Shown: positions 9,239 through 19,223, numbered from the stretch's first letter. The stretch is 64,000 nt of DNA from Acholeplasmatales bacterium (GCA_017961685.1 JAGCWW010000060.1:53-64052), one strand, 5' to 3'. A program made the numbers and translations. The notes: generated from the sequence alone by a model not told the origin.

Positions 9239-10090
9239 ATGAAATTAAGTGATTCACAAAACTTTTTAGTAAACAAAGAGTTAGTTAAAAGTATCGTAGA
9301 TAAGGCTAAATTTAATAATGATTTATCTATGCTTGAAATTGGTGCTGGTAAAGGTATAATAACTGATGAATTAATGAAAAAATATAATGTTACAGCACTA
9401 GAATTAGATAATAATTTATATAATGATTTATTAAAGAAATATAGTGATAAAAACATTACTTTATTAAATGAAGATATTCTAGATTATAATTTTGATAAAG
9501 ATTATAATGTATTTTCTAATATTCCATTTAATATAACTACAAGTATTCTTACAAAACTACTTAAGGATAATCATATATATGATATATACTTAATCATGCA
9601 ATATGAACCATTCTTAAGATTTTCTACTAATAATGAATTATATTTAACATATAAATATTTATTATTTAAACCTTTCTATGAAATGAATTTGGAATACAAG
9701 TTCAAACCAGTTGATTTTAATCCTAAACCAAACGCAAGAATTATTCTAGCGTCATTTATAAGAAAAAATAAACCTGATATTTCATTTAATGATATAAATC
9801 TATACTTAGATTTTATAAGTTATTTATTTAGTAAAAAATCTAAACTATTATTTGAAAAGATAGATAAATTATTTAGTGATAAACAAAAAGAAATAATTAA
9901 GAAAGCTTTAAAAGTAGAAGATGATCATTTATTTGCATCACTAACTTATGAACAAATCATTTATTTATTTAATACATTTAATAAATACGCAAATGATAGA
10001 AGTAAGAAAGTAGTTTTAAGCTACTTTAATCAAAAAGAAAAAGAGGATAATAATCCTCATAAAAACTTTAGTAATAAGAATAATTGGTAA
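9239..10090 (+). CDS. Erm-like rRNA adenine N6-(di)methyltransferase (RrnaAD family)
   Basis: SQNFL, EIGAGKGIIT, SNIPFNITTSIL, DIYLIMQYE, FNPKPNA and C-terminal LTYEQIIYLFNTFNKY follow the ErmB/ErmC pattern more closely than KsgA. ATG lies 1 nt after the rpe stop. Confidence 0.65.
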   Translation: MKLSDSQNFLVNKELVKSIVDKAKFNNDLSMLEIGAGKGIITDELMKKYNVTALELDNNLYNDLLKKYSDKNITLLNEDILDYNFDKDYNVFSNIPFNITTSILTKLLKDNHIYDIYLIMQYEPFLRFSTNNELYLTYKYLLFKPFYEMNLEYKFKPVDFNPKPNARIILASFIRKNKPDISFNDINLYLDFISYLFSKKSKLLFEKIDKLFSDKQKEIIKKALKVEDDHLFASLTYEQIIYLFNTFNKYANDRSKKVVLSYFNQKEKEDNNPHKNFSNKNNW

Positions 10091-10120
10091 AGAAAAAGAA
10101 GGCCTGTGCCTTCTTTTCTT
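10091..10120. terminator. Bidirectional terminator between the erm-like gene and rpmB
   Basis: AAGAAGGC-ctgt-GCCTTCTT flanked by A-run and T-run. Confidence 0.75.
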
Positions 10121-10131
10121 TATGTTAAAGA

Positions 10132-10320
10132 TTAAGCTCTTTCGATGTCACACTTTTTTAATGCTCTAGCGGAGATCTTAACCTTCTTAACAGTACCATC
10201 TTCCATTTTAATGCGAACTGTTTGTAAGTTAGCTTTCCAAGTTCTTCTAGTAGCACGTAGTGAATGCGAACGAGCATTTCCTGTTGAAGTTGATTTACCT
10301 GTTAAATAGCATTTAGCCAT
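10132..10320 (-). CDS. rpmB: 50S ribosomal protein L28
   Basis: [33 protein letters not shown]. Start moved to ATG 10320 behind AGGAGGTAAGAC. Confidence 0.95.
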   Translation of the reverse strand: MAKCYLTGKSTSTGNARSHSLRATRRTWKANLQTVRIKMEDGTVKKVKISARALKKCDIERA

Positions 10321-10651
10321 AAGTCTTACCTCCTTTTTACTATTACACTTACACGCATAAATTAGTTTATCATAAGATAAAAGAAAAAACAATACTTTTT
10401 TTCAAGTTTATTGTAAATTTTTTTTAAAGAAATCGTTAACAATTCATAAAGATTTTTATTTTTCTTGATTTTATTTCATAACTAGTATAGAATATAAAGG
10501 GTAAAAGTGAGTTTACTATATATATTTAACTTATTTTTTACTTTTTATGATATATATCATAATAATATTTATTTTATTTTAAAAATTCGCCAATGTAGGG
10601 CTTAATATATTATAGATGAATAGAAATTGAAAATTTACTGGAGGAATAATT

Positions 10652-12256
10652 ATGCCTGTTACGAAAATTAGTGGAGCTCTTCTTAAGAAGATGGTCACAA
10701 ACGGTGCAGTTAATCTTAAAAATTGCTACGCCGAAGTAGATGCTTTAAACGTATTCCCTGTACCAGATGGTGATACAGGAACAAATATGAGTATGACAAT
10801 GATGGCTGGTATTAGAGAAATTGAAAATGTCAGCAGTAAACAAATAGTTTTAATCTTAAAGAATTTATCACGTGGACTTTTAATGGGTGCTCGTGGAAAT
10901 TCAGGTGTTATACTTTCTCAATTCTTTAGAGGAGTATACGATGGATTAAAAACAGTTACAAAAGATTATATCTCATTAACTGAATTTGCTAATGCCTTAT
11001 ATTCTGGTTATAAGATGGCTTATAAAGCTGTTATGTCACCAGTTGAAGGAACAATTTTAACAGTTGTTAAGGATGCTGCAAAAGCAATTAGTGGAAAAGC
11101 ATATCAAACATTAGATGAATTAATTGATGATTACTTAAATGCAGCAAAAGAATCATTAGCTAATACACCTAAATTACTTCCTATTTTAGCTGAAGCTAAA
11201 GTAGTAGATTCAGGTGGTGCTGGATTCGTTAAGATTGTTGAAGGTATGCAAATGATGCTTAATGGTGAAAAGCTTCATATTCAAACAGAAGAAGAAAAAG
11301 CTAAAGCCAAAGAAGCAACAGAAACTGAAATCAAATTTGGATATTGTACAGAATTCATTATTGAACTTGCTGAACCAGATAAATTTATTGAATCAGAATT
11401 AAAAGATAAATTAACTGAAATGGGAGATTCATTAGTATTAGTAAGAGATGAAAACTTACTAAAGGTACATGTTCATGTTAATAAACCAGGTGAAGTATTA
11501 AATATTGCTCAATCTCTAGGTGAAATCGTAACAACTAAGATTGAAAATATGCGTATACAACATACACAATTCATTGAACCAAAGAAACAAGAACATAAAG
11601 AAATAGGTATTATTTCAGTATGCTTTGGTGATGGAATTAAAAAAGCATTCACTGATTTAGGTGTTGATTATATTATTGATGGAGGCCAAACTATGAACCC
11701 ATCAACAGAACAATTCCTAAAGGCAATGGATAATATTGATGCATCAAGCTATATCATTATTCCAAATAACTCAAATGTTATTTTAGCTGCTGAACAAGCT
11801 GCTAATCTAGTAGAAGATAAAAAAGTAGTTGTTTTAAAGGCTAAATCAATTGCTTCTGGTTATTCAGCATTAATTAATTTTGATCCTGAATTATCAATTG
11901 ATGAAAACTTTGAAAACATGAGCGATGTAATTGATACTGTTAAAACAGGAGAAGTTACTTATGCAGTTAGAGATACAGAAATTGATGGAGTAAAGATTAA
12001 CTCAGGAGATTTCATGAGTCTATCAGGTAAAAAGATTTTCTCTTCAACAAAAGAAAGATTAGATGCTATTAAATCATTAATTGATGGTTTAATTGATTCT
12101 GAATCTGAAATTGTTACATTATTCTATGGAATTGATGTAAATGAAGATGAAGTAAATGAAGTAACTGATTACATCAATGAAATTGATGATGAAATCGAAA
12201 TTGAAATCATCGAAGGAAAACAAGATATTTATTCTTATATCGTATCAGTTGAATAG
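10652..12256 (+). CDS. DAK2-domain fusion protein YloV (fatty acid kinase FakA-like)
   Basis: DhaL-type N-domain (VFPVPDGDTGTNM, GARGNSGVILSQ) plus DegV-like C-domain. Sits in the rpmB / yloV / recG synteny. Confidence 0.88.
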   Translation: MPVTKISGALLKKMVTNGAVNLKNCYAEVDALNVFPVPDGDTGTNMSMTMMAGIREIENVSSKQIVLILKNLSRGLLMGARGNSGVILSQFFRGVYDGLKTVTKDYISLTEFANALYSGYKMAYKAVMSPVEGTILTVVKDAAKAISGKAYQTLDELIDDYLNAAKESLANTPKLLPILAEAKVVDSGGAGFVKIVEGMQMMLNGEKLHIQTEEEKAKAKEATETEIKFGYCTEFIIELAEPDKFIESELKDKLTEMGDSLVLVRDENLLKVHVHVNKPGEVLNIAQSLGEIVTTKIENMRIQHTQFIEPKKQEHKEIGIISVCFGDGIKKAFTDLGVDYIIDGGQTMNPSTEQFLKAMDNIDASSYIIIPNNSNVILAAEQAANLVEDKKVVVLKAKSIASGYSALINFDPELSIDENFENMSDVIDTVKTGEVTYAVRDTEIDGVKINSGDFMSLSGKKIFSSTKERLDAIKSLIDGLIDSESEIVTLFYGIDVNEDEVNEVTDYINEIDDEIEIEIIEGKQDIYSYIVSVE

Positions 12257-12346
12257 AACCTCAAAAGAGGTTCTTTTTTTTGAAAAATTATATTTCAAAT
12301 ACAAATTGTCTATTTAATATTGTATAATATTAATTGAGGCGAGAAT

Positions 12347-14338
12347 ATGAACGTAAAAGATATGCAAATTAGAAAAAGTGATGGTATAGGTCCAAAGACT
12401 TTTCAAATTCTAAAAGACAATAACATTAATACCATTTTTGATCTAATTAATATTTTCCCAACTAGATATTTAAACTTCATGGAAACGGGACTTGAACAAG
12501 ATAATGTCTTTATCAAGTGTACGGTTTTTACTTTGCCTAAAATGACTTTTGTGAAAAAGAATTTAAGCTATATGACTTTTGATGTAACTTATAAAGATAG
12601 AATTGTTAGAGTTACAATATTTAATCGTAACTATTTAGAATATAAGATTAAAGAAAATCAAGTTATTTATGTAACTGGTAAGTTTGAAGCAAATAGAAAT
12701 AATATAATCGCAAGTAATATTTATTTTTCTTTAAAAGAAGATTCGTTTGAACCAGTATATGATTTTAATCAAATACCTTCAAAAACATTAAAAAAGATTA
12801 TTAATAACGTATTAGATAAATATAGTATTTATATTCATGAAGAACTACCTGAATATTTGCTTAAAAGATATAATCTACCTGATATTTATACAGCTTATAA
12901 GTATATTCATAATCCAAGTAGTGAATTAGAATATCAACTTGCCTATAAACGCTTTAAATACGAGGAATTTTTAACTTTTGAGCTTAAGCTACAATATATT
13001 AGACAAATTAATAGAACTAGCCTAAAAACGCCTAAAAAATGGGATATAAATGTTATAAGAGATTTCATTAAAACAATTCCTTTTGAATTAACTGATTCGC
13101 AAAAAGAAGTTAGTAATGAAATATATAAAGACTTAAAAAGTAATTATCCAATGAATAGATTAGTTCAAGGTGATGTAGGTAGTGGTAAAACTATAGTTGC
13201 GGCACTAGCTATTTATGCTGTAGCACTAGATAATTATGAAGTATGCTTTATGGCCCCAACAGAAATATTAGCTTACCAACATTACGAAAACTTAAGTAAT
13301 TTATTTAAAGATACAAAGATTAGAATAGAAGTTCTAACTAGTAGTATTAAAGGTAAAACTAGAAAAGAATTATTAGATAAGATTAAAAATCATGAAGTAG
13401 ATGTAATTATTGGTACTCATGCATTATTTACTGATGATATAATATATGATAATTTAGGTTTAGTTATAACAGATGAACAACACCGTTTTGGGGTTAAACA
13501 ACGTCAAGCCTTAAGAGAAAAAGGATTTAATCCTGATGTCTTATATTTAACCGCAACCCCTATTCCAAGAACTCTAGCTATAAGTCTATTTGGTGATATG
13601 GATTCATCTATTATTAAACAAATGCCTAATGGTAGAAAAAAGGTTAAAACAAAAGTTGTTTTAGAAGATAATTTAGATGCATGTTTAAGCTTTTTATCTA
13701 ATGAATTAGATAATGGACATCAAGCTTACGTTATATCACCTTTAATTGAAGAATCAGATAAAATGGATCTACATGATGTGTATAAAACTTATGATTTATT
13801 AAAAGAAAAATTACCAAATTATAAGATGGAAATATTACATGGTAAGATGAAACAAACTGAAAAAGATGAAATAATGAATAGATTTAAAAATAAAGAATTT
13901 AACTTACTTATTTCTACAACTGTAATAGAGGTTGGTATAGATAATCCTAATGCGACAGTTATGATGATTTTTAATGCAGAACGCTTTGGCTTATCACAAT
14001 TACACCAACTTAGAGGTAGAGTAGGTAGAAGCAACTTAGAATCATTTTGTTTTTTAATAACTGATGATACTGATAAAGCTAGATTAAAGATTATTGAAGA
14101 AACTACAGATGGCTTTAAACTAGCTGAAGAAGATTTAAAACTAAGAGGACCTGGAGATTTCTTTGGACTTCGTCAATCAGGTGTACCTAAGTTTAAATTT
14201 GGTGATCTAATACAAGATTATAGAGTATTAGAAAATGCCAAAAATGATGCTTATGATTTAGTTTTTAACATTGGCTTAGATAGATATGTTTATCTAAAAG
14301 ATAAAGTTAATAAAGAAATAAATAGTATTAAAGATTAA
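12347..14338 (+). CDS. recG: ATP-dependent DNA helicase RecG
   Basis: Wedge domain plus SF2 helicase motifs GDVGSGKT, DEQHRFG, TATPIPRT, QLHQLRGRVGR. Confidence 0.95.
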   Translation: MNVKDMQIRKSDGIGPKTFQILKDNNINTIFDLINIFPTRYLNFMETGLEQDNVFIKCTVFTLPKMTFVKKNLSYMTFDVTYKDRIVRVTIFNRNYLEYKIKENQVIYVTGKFEANRNNIIASNIYFSLKEDSFEPVYDFNQIPSKTLKKIINNVLDKYSIYIHEELPEYLLKRYNLPDIYTAYKYIHNPSSELEYQLAYKRFKYEEFLTFELKLQYIRQINRTSLKTPKKWDINVIRDFIKTIPFELTDSQKEVSNEIYKDLKSNYPMNRLVQGDVGSGKTIVAALAIYAVALDNYEVCFMAPTEILAYQHYENLSNLFKDTKIRIEVLTSSIKGKTRKELLDKIKNHEVDVIIGTHALFTDDIIYDNLGLVITDEQHRFGVKQRQALREKGFNPDVLYLTATPIPRTLAISLFGDMDSSIIKQMPNGRKKVKTKVVLEDNLDACLSFLSNELDNGHQAYVISPLIEESDKMDLHDVYKTYDLLKEKLPNYKMEILHGKMKQTEKDEIMNRFKNKEFNLLISTTVIEVGIDNPNATVMMIFNAERFGLSQLHQLRGRVGRSNLESFCFLITDDTDKARLKIIEETTDGFKLAEEDLKLRGPGDFFGLRQSGVPKFKFGDLIQDYRVLENAKNDAYDLVFNIGLDRYVYLKDKVNKEINSIKD

Positions 14339-14384
14339 AATGTGATACAATAACTTTGTATACGCGTTATAGGAGGCTTTAATT

Positions 14385-15383
14385 ATGATTAGAATTGCAT
14401 TAGATGCTATGGGTGGAGATTTTGCCCCAAAAACAAATGTTTTAGGAGCAATGCAAGCAGTAAAAAAATATGATGATATTGAAATCACTTTATTTGGTGA
14501 TGAAAATAAAATAAAAGAATATTTAACAGATTCAACAAGAATTAATGTTGTACATACAGATAAATACTTTGATATGGGTGAACATGATGCCGTAAAAGCT
14601 ATTCGTAGTAAAGAACCATATTCAATGATTTTAGCTATGCAAGCATGTAAAGAAGGAAAATGTGATTGTACAATTTCCGCAGGACCTACACAAGTGGTTG
14701 TTGTTGCTGGACATATGGTTTTAAAGAAAATCAAAGGAATGCATAGAATTGCTTTAGCACCATTTATCCCTACAGCTAACGGTAATAAGATCTTACTTGA
14801 TAGTGGTGCAAATGTTGAATTACGTCCTGAGCACATTGCTCAACTAGCATATTATGCTACTATTATGGCTAAAGAAACACTAGGTGTAGAAAAACCAAAG
14901 GTTGGCTTAATTAATATAGGTAGTGAAGAAGGTAAGGGTAGAGAAGTAGATAAAGAAACTTACCAAGTATTAAAAGAAGATGAAAGAATAAATTTCGTTG
15001 GAAATATCGAACCAAAAGAAATGTTTTTCTCTGATTGTGATATTTTCATTAATGATGGTTTTACATGTAATATCTTACTTAAAACTTTAGAAGGTACAGC
15101 TAAATATATGGGTGCTTGCCTAAAAAAGGAAATTAAATCATCATTTAAATCAAAAATAGGTGCATTATTTATGAAGAAGAGCTTAAAGAGATTTAAGAAG
15201 GTATTTGATGCATCAGAAGCTGGTGGAGCTATGCTTTGTGGATTAACTAGTTTAGTTATTAAGGCACATGGAAATAGTGATGAAGTTGCTATTTGTAATG
15301 CTATTAGACAAGCAAGAACACTAGTAAATAGTAAATTAGTAGAAAGAATAAGCCAAGAATTAGGTGATAATAGTGAAGAATGA
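14385..15383 (+). CDS. plsX: Phosphate acyltransferase PlsX
   Basis: IALDAMGGDFAP N-terminus, length and C-terminal pattern. Ends at TGA. Confidence 0.93.
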   Translation: MIRIALDAMGGDFAPKTNVLGAMQAVKKYDDIEITLFGDENKIKEYLTDSTRINVVHTDKYFDMGEHDAVKAIRSKEPYSMILAMQACKEGKCDCTISAGPTQVVVVAGHMVLKKIKGMHRIALAPFIPTANGNKILLDSGANVELRPEHIAQLAYYATIMAKETLGVEKPKVGLINIGSEEGKGREVDKETYQVLKEDERINFVGNIEPKEMFFSDCDIFINDGFTCNILLKTLEGTAKYMGACLKKEIKSSFKSKIGALFMKKSLKRFKKVFDASEAGGAMLCGLTSLVIKAHGNSDEVAICNAIRQARTLVNSKLVERISQELGDNSEE

Positions 15384-16041
15384 TTTAGAAACTGTTTTAG
15401 GAATTAAATTTAATAGTAAAAGCTTACTAACAGAAGCTTTAACTCATTCATCATATGGTAATGAACATAATGTTCCCTTTAATGAAAGATTAGAGTTCTT
15501 AGGTGATGCAGTTATTGAACTATTAATGAGTCAATATTTATATCTAAAACAAGAAACATCAGAAGGTAAGATGACTAAAAAAAGAGCTCAATCAGTATGT
15601 GAAGAAGCTCTAGTTAAGTATGCCAATAAAATAAACTTATCTGATTATATCCTTTTAGGACATGGTGAAGAACTATCTAATGGTAGAAAACGTCCTACTA
15701 TTATCGCAGATGCTTTTGAAGCTTTATTTGGGGCAGTATATCTAGATCAAGGATATTTTGCCGCATATGATTTATTTGAAAAATTAATCGTTCCAAACTT
15801 AGATTTATTAGATGATATTAAAGATTATAAATCAACACTTCAAGAATATGTTCAATCTTTTAAGAATACTCTAACTTATGAACTAATAGATGAAACTGGT
15901 CCAGCTCATGATAAAACTTATACTGTTAAAGTTATGATGGATGGTATAACTTTAGGTGTAGGTATAGGTAAGACTAAAAAAGAAGCTGAACAAAATGCTG
16001 CTAAAGAAGCACTTGATAAAAAGGTAGATATTTATGGATAA
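15364..16041 (+). CDS. rnc: Ribonuclease III
   Basis: RNase III signature NERLEFLGDAV plus a C-terminal dsRBD (GPAHDKTYTV ... KKEAEQNAAKEAL). Start is GTG 15364 or GTG 15373. Confidence 0.93.
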   Translation: MIIVKNDLETVLGIKFNSKSLLTEALTHSSYGNEHNVPFNERLEFLGDAVIELLMSQYLYLKQETSEGKMTKKRAQSVCEEALVKYANKINLSDYILLGHGEELSNGRKRPTIIADAFEALFGAVYLDQGYFAAYDLFEKLIVPNLDLLDDIKDYKSTLQEYVQSFKNTLTYELIDETGPAHDKTYTVKVMMDGITLGVGIGKTKKEAEQNAAKEALDKKVDIYG

Positions 16042-16576
16042 AATGAAGTTAGAAGAAAAAACAGTTAAAGCTAATTACGTATATAATGGTAGAGTAATAA
16101 ACGTTAGAAATGATGATGTATTATTACCTAATGGTAATATGGCTAAAAGAGAAATAGTTGAACATAGAGGTGGAGTAGGTATAATTCCTGTTGATGGGGA
16201 ATATATCTATTTAATTAATCAATATCGTTATGCATTTAAAAAAGAATTAATAGAAATACCTGCAGGTAAAAGAGAATTAGATGAAAAGCCTATTGAAACA
16301 GCAAAAAGAGAATTATATGAAGAAATAGGTGCAACAGCTAAAGAATTTATCTTTTTAGGTGAGTTTTATCCAACTGTTGGATATTGTGAAGAAATAATAT
16401 ATTTATTTGTTGCTAAAGGATTAAAATTTACTAATAGACTTCATCTAGATCCAGATGAATTTTTAAATGTAGAAAAAATGGAATATAAAAAAGCAAGACA
16501 AATGGCTTTAAATAATGAAATAAAAGATGCTAAAACTGTAATAGCATTATTGAAATGTGGTGAGTACTTTGATTGA
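16034..16576 (+). CDS. nudF: ADP-ribose pyrophosphatase (NUDIX hydrolase)
   Basis: Nudix box GKRELDEKPIETAKRELYEEIGA. Overall close to B. subtilis NudF. Confidence 0.8.
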   Translation: MDKMKLEEKTVKANYVYNGRVINVRNDDVLLPNGNMAKREIVEHRGGVGIIPVDGEYIYLINQYRYAFKKELIEIPAGKRELDEKPIETAKRELYEEIGATAKEFIFLGEFYPTVGYCEEIIYLFVAKGLKFTNRLHLDPDEFLNVEKMEYKKARQMALNNEIKDAKTVIALLKCGEYFD

Positions 16577-17198
16577 TGAATTAATTAAATATCAAGCAAT
16601 TGATTTAAATAAATTAGTGCTTAAAATCTATCCTAGATTAAACTTACTACCTCAAGAGGCTGTAATGCTAATTCATTTACTTTCAACTTATCAACAAAAT
16701 AACCAAAAATGTTTTGCCTTATCTTATGCACAACTAAGAAATAAAACAGGTGTTGATAAAAAAGAAAATGGACTTTTAATTAAAGCGTTAGAAGATAAAC
16801 AATTTATAGAAATATACTTAGAGAAAAATAAAAACGATAAGGAACAAGAAACTGTTGATATTAATAAAGCATTAATTAAAATTGAAGAATTCTTAAAGAA
16901 AGAAAAAGAAGATGATTTAAATAAACAAATTCAACTTCAACTTAAAGATGTTATATCTTTCTTTGAAATTGAACTTGGTAGAACATTATCACCTAATGAA
17001 ATTTCTTTACTAGATGAATATAAGACTTTATATAGTAAAACAGATTATGAAAAAGCTGTTATTGAAGTTTCTAAAAAGAAGAAAATATCTATTAAAAATT
17101 CTATCGATTATTTAAAAACAAATGCTTTTATTAATCAAAAGGTGAATGAAGAAGATGAAAGAACAATCCAAGCTTTCTTTGAATCAATTAATAAGTGA
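16557..17198 (+). CDS. dnaD: DnaD-domain replication initiation / membrane attachment protein
   Basis: DnaD C-terminal domain motif FEIELGRTLSPNEISLLDEY. Conserved dnaD-nth adjacency. GTG/TTG start uncertain (16557-16569). Confidence 0.7.
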   Translation: MVSTLIDELIKYQAIDLNKLVLKIYPRLNLLPQEAVMLIHLLSTYQQNNQKCFALSYAQLRNKTGVDKKENGLLIKALEDKQFIEIYLEKNKNDKEQETVDINKALIKIEEFLKKEKEDDLNKQIQLQLKDVISFFEIELGRTLSPNEISLLDEYKTLYSKTDYEKAVIEVSKKKKISIKNSIDYLKTNAFINQKVNEEDERTIQAFFESINK

Positions 17199-17778
17199 TT
17201 TAGATAAAATGTTTCCTAATGCTAGATGTGAATTAGATTACAATAATTTATTTGAGCTTATTATTGCGGTTAGTTTATCTAGTCAAACAACAGATAAAAG
17301 AGTTAATGAAGTAACTAAAGTTTTATTTTCTAAATATCCTACTTATAATGATCTGGCAAAAGCGAATATTTATGAAGTAGAAGAGATATTAAAACCACTT
17401 GGAATGAATAAGGTTAAGGCTAAAAATATTATTGAATTATCTAAGAAATTAATTATCAAAAATAAGATGCCAGAAACACTAGAAGAATTAATGGAATTAG
17501 ATGGCGTAGGTAGGAAATGTGCTAATGTTATTCTATCAGAATATTATAAAATTCCATCAATTGCGGTGGATACTCATGTGCTTAGAACATCAAATAGACT
17601 AGGTTTAGCAAGTGGAAGTGTATTAGAAGTGGAAAAAAAGCTTATGAAAAAATTTGATAAAAAAGACTGGTATTTTATCCACATCCATTTAGTTTTTCTT
17701 GGAAGATATGTCTGTAAAGCAAAAAATAAGGAATGTGCAAAATGCTTAATAAACGGCTGTCCCTCTAGATTTATATGA
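17155..17778 (+). CDS. nth: Endonuclease III
   Basis: HhH-GPD motif LMELDGVGRKCANVIL, catalytic VDTHV, C-terminal Cys cluster. ATG 17155 has better spacing to GGTG than the track start at 17146. Confidence 0.9.
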   Translation: MKEQSKLSLNQLISDLDKMFPNARCELDYNNLFELIIAVSLSSQTTDKRVNEVTKVLFSKYPTYNDLAKANIYEVEEILKPLGMNKVKAKNIIELSKKLIIKNKMPETLEELMELDGVGRKCANVILSEYYKIPSIAVDTHVLRTSNRLGLASGSVLEVEKKLMKKFDKKDWYFIHIHLVFLGRYVCKAKNKECAKCLINGCPSRFI

Positions 17779-17950
17779 ATTAATGTTTGTGATATTTATC
17801 CAAACATTTTTTTTATTATTCTTACATTTTCTTCCTCCATAAAATGTAAACTATAAAAGGGGTCAAAAAATAATGAATTATTCAAAAAAATTTTATATTA
17901 TTTTAAGACCAAAAATAGTAAAATATGTTTGAAACTAGGAGGGTGAAAAA

Positions 17951-19150
17951 ATGTCTAAGGCGAAGGAGTATAAAAAAATAATTGAAGAGAATCAAAATAA
18001 GTGCGCTAATCCACATATTGGAGTAATCATTAAGCGTAGAAGAAAAGATCTAAACATGACTTTAGAGGATGTTACTAAAGGTATATGCTGTGTAAGTTAT
18101 TTATCTAAACTTGAACATGGTACAATCGTTCCTAAAAAATATGTTTTAAATGAAGTTTTAGATAGACTTAACATGAAAGAAGAAAACTTAAGAAGTAAAA
18201 ATGAATATATCGATATTATTCAAAAATGCCTAATTGAAATCTATTATGGTAATTTTGACGTCATATATGAATACTTTGAAAATATAAGTGATGTAGAAAG
18301 TATTCATTATACAGACATAATTAAAGCTATTTATCATTTAGTTGTTGGAAATTTAAATGAATCAGAAAAATTTATTAATAAAGCATTAGTTGTAAAACAA
18401 GATTTTGCAGAAGAAGAATTAACGGCTTGTATTTTAGTTTCAGCTTTAATTGCGGAAGAAAAGCATAAATACAAAGAAGCACTTGATATAATTAAAACAA
18501 TCGAATATACATATATTAATAATATTGAAGTTGAAAAGCTAAAAGCAATCACCTTATGTAGAATTTATTTAATGCTTGGAATGTATTTATCATTATCTAA
18601 TGCTTTAATAATATATGAAGATTTGTGTATGAAAACTATTGATTATGGCGGGTTAGTAGAAGCTAAAGAACAATTTGGCTTATCCTTAGCTTATAATAAT
18701 GAAGAAAAAGCAGCTTTAAATATTTGTGAATTAGTAAAAAGAGTATTAGATAAGGATAGCGCAGATGATTATTTAAAAAATATTTATATAGCTTTAAAGA
18801 AACCAAATGAATTATTAAAGAAATGTAATCCTAAGGATTATGAAAAACTTTGGGCATATAATCTACTTAAAGAAAAGAATAAGTGTAGAGAAATATTAGA
18901 GGTTATAAGATTAGAAGATATGCCAGATACGAAAACACAATTATTTGTTCAATCAATGATGAAAAAGTATTTAGAAAATGAACATTTCTATATTATGTTT
19001 TTAAAAGAAACATATTATCCTTGGGTATTACAACATGGCTATTATGAAGAAGCCAAAATATTAAAAGATATTATAGTTGATTATTTAATAGAAGATTCTA
19101 GATATAAAGATGCCATAAAAATACTTAAAGATTTCAAGAAGATGAAGTAG
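17951..19150 (+). CDS. XRE-type HTH regulator with long helical-repeat (TPR-like) C-terminal domain, RNPP-like architecture
   Basis: HTH segment IGVIIKRRRKDLNMTLEDVTKGICCVSYLSKLEHG followed by ~320 aa of alpha-helical repeat-like sequence. AGGAGGG RBS. Confidence 0.6.
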   Translation: MSKAKEYKKIIEENQNKCANPHIGVIIKRRRKDLNMTLEDVTKGICCVSYLSKLEHGTIVPKKYVLNEVLDRLNMKEENLRSKNEYIDIIQKCLIEIYYGNFDVIYEYFENISDVESIHYTDIIKAIYHLVVGNLNESEKFINKALVVKQDFAEEELTACILVSALIAEEKHKYKEALDIIKTIEYTYINNIEVEKLKAITLCRIYLMLGMYLSLSNALIIYEDLCMKTIDYGGLVEAKEQFGLSLAYNNEEKAALNICELVKRVLDKDSADDYLKNIYIALKKPNELLKKCNPKDYEKLWAYNLLKEKNKCREILEVIRLEDMPDTKTQLFVQSMMKKYLENEHFYIMFLKETYYPWVLQHGYYEEAKILKDIIVDYLIEDSRYKDAIKILKDFKKMK

Positions 19151-19223
19151 AAAAAAAGAAGTAGCCCTTTGGTTACTTCTTTTTTATGCAAAAAAAACAC
19201 ATCTCAAGGATGTGATTTTCTAA

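Noticed and set aside
10393-10651. Long AT-rich intergenic region between rpmB and yloV, including the perfect 14-nt palindrome ATGATATATATCAT (10547-10560) and an 11-codon sORF
   Set aside because: In DNA this AT-rich such palindromes and tiny ORFs arise by chance. No riboswitch-like conserved motif was recognised. The region most simply holds divergent promoters (e.g. TTGATT-17-TAGAAT).
14294-14836. 180-aa minus-strand ORF antisense to plsX
   Set aside because: It overlaps a clearly conserved gene on the other strand. Its composition is Cys/Ile/Ser-rich and it has no RBS. This is a typical shadow ORF of an AT-rich genome.
17700-17778. Endonuclease III Fe-S cluster spacing reads C-x6-C-x2-C-x4-C instead of the usual C-x6-C-x2-C-x5-C
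   Set aside because: All four cysteines are present, and a one-residue loop difference is within family variation. It is not evidence of loss of the cluster.
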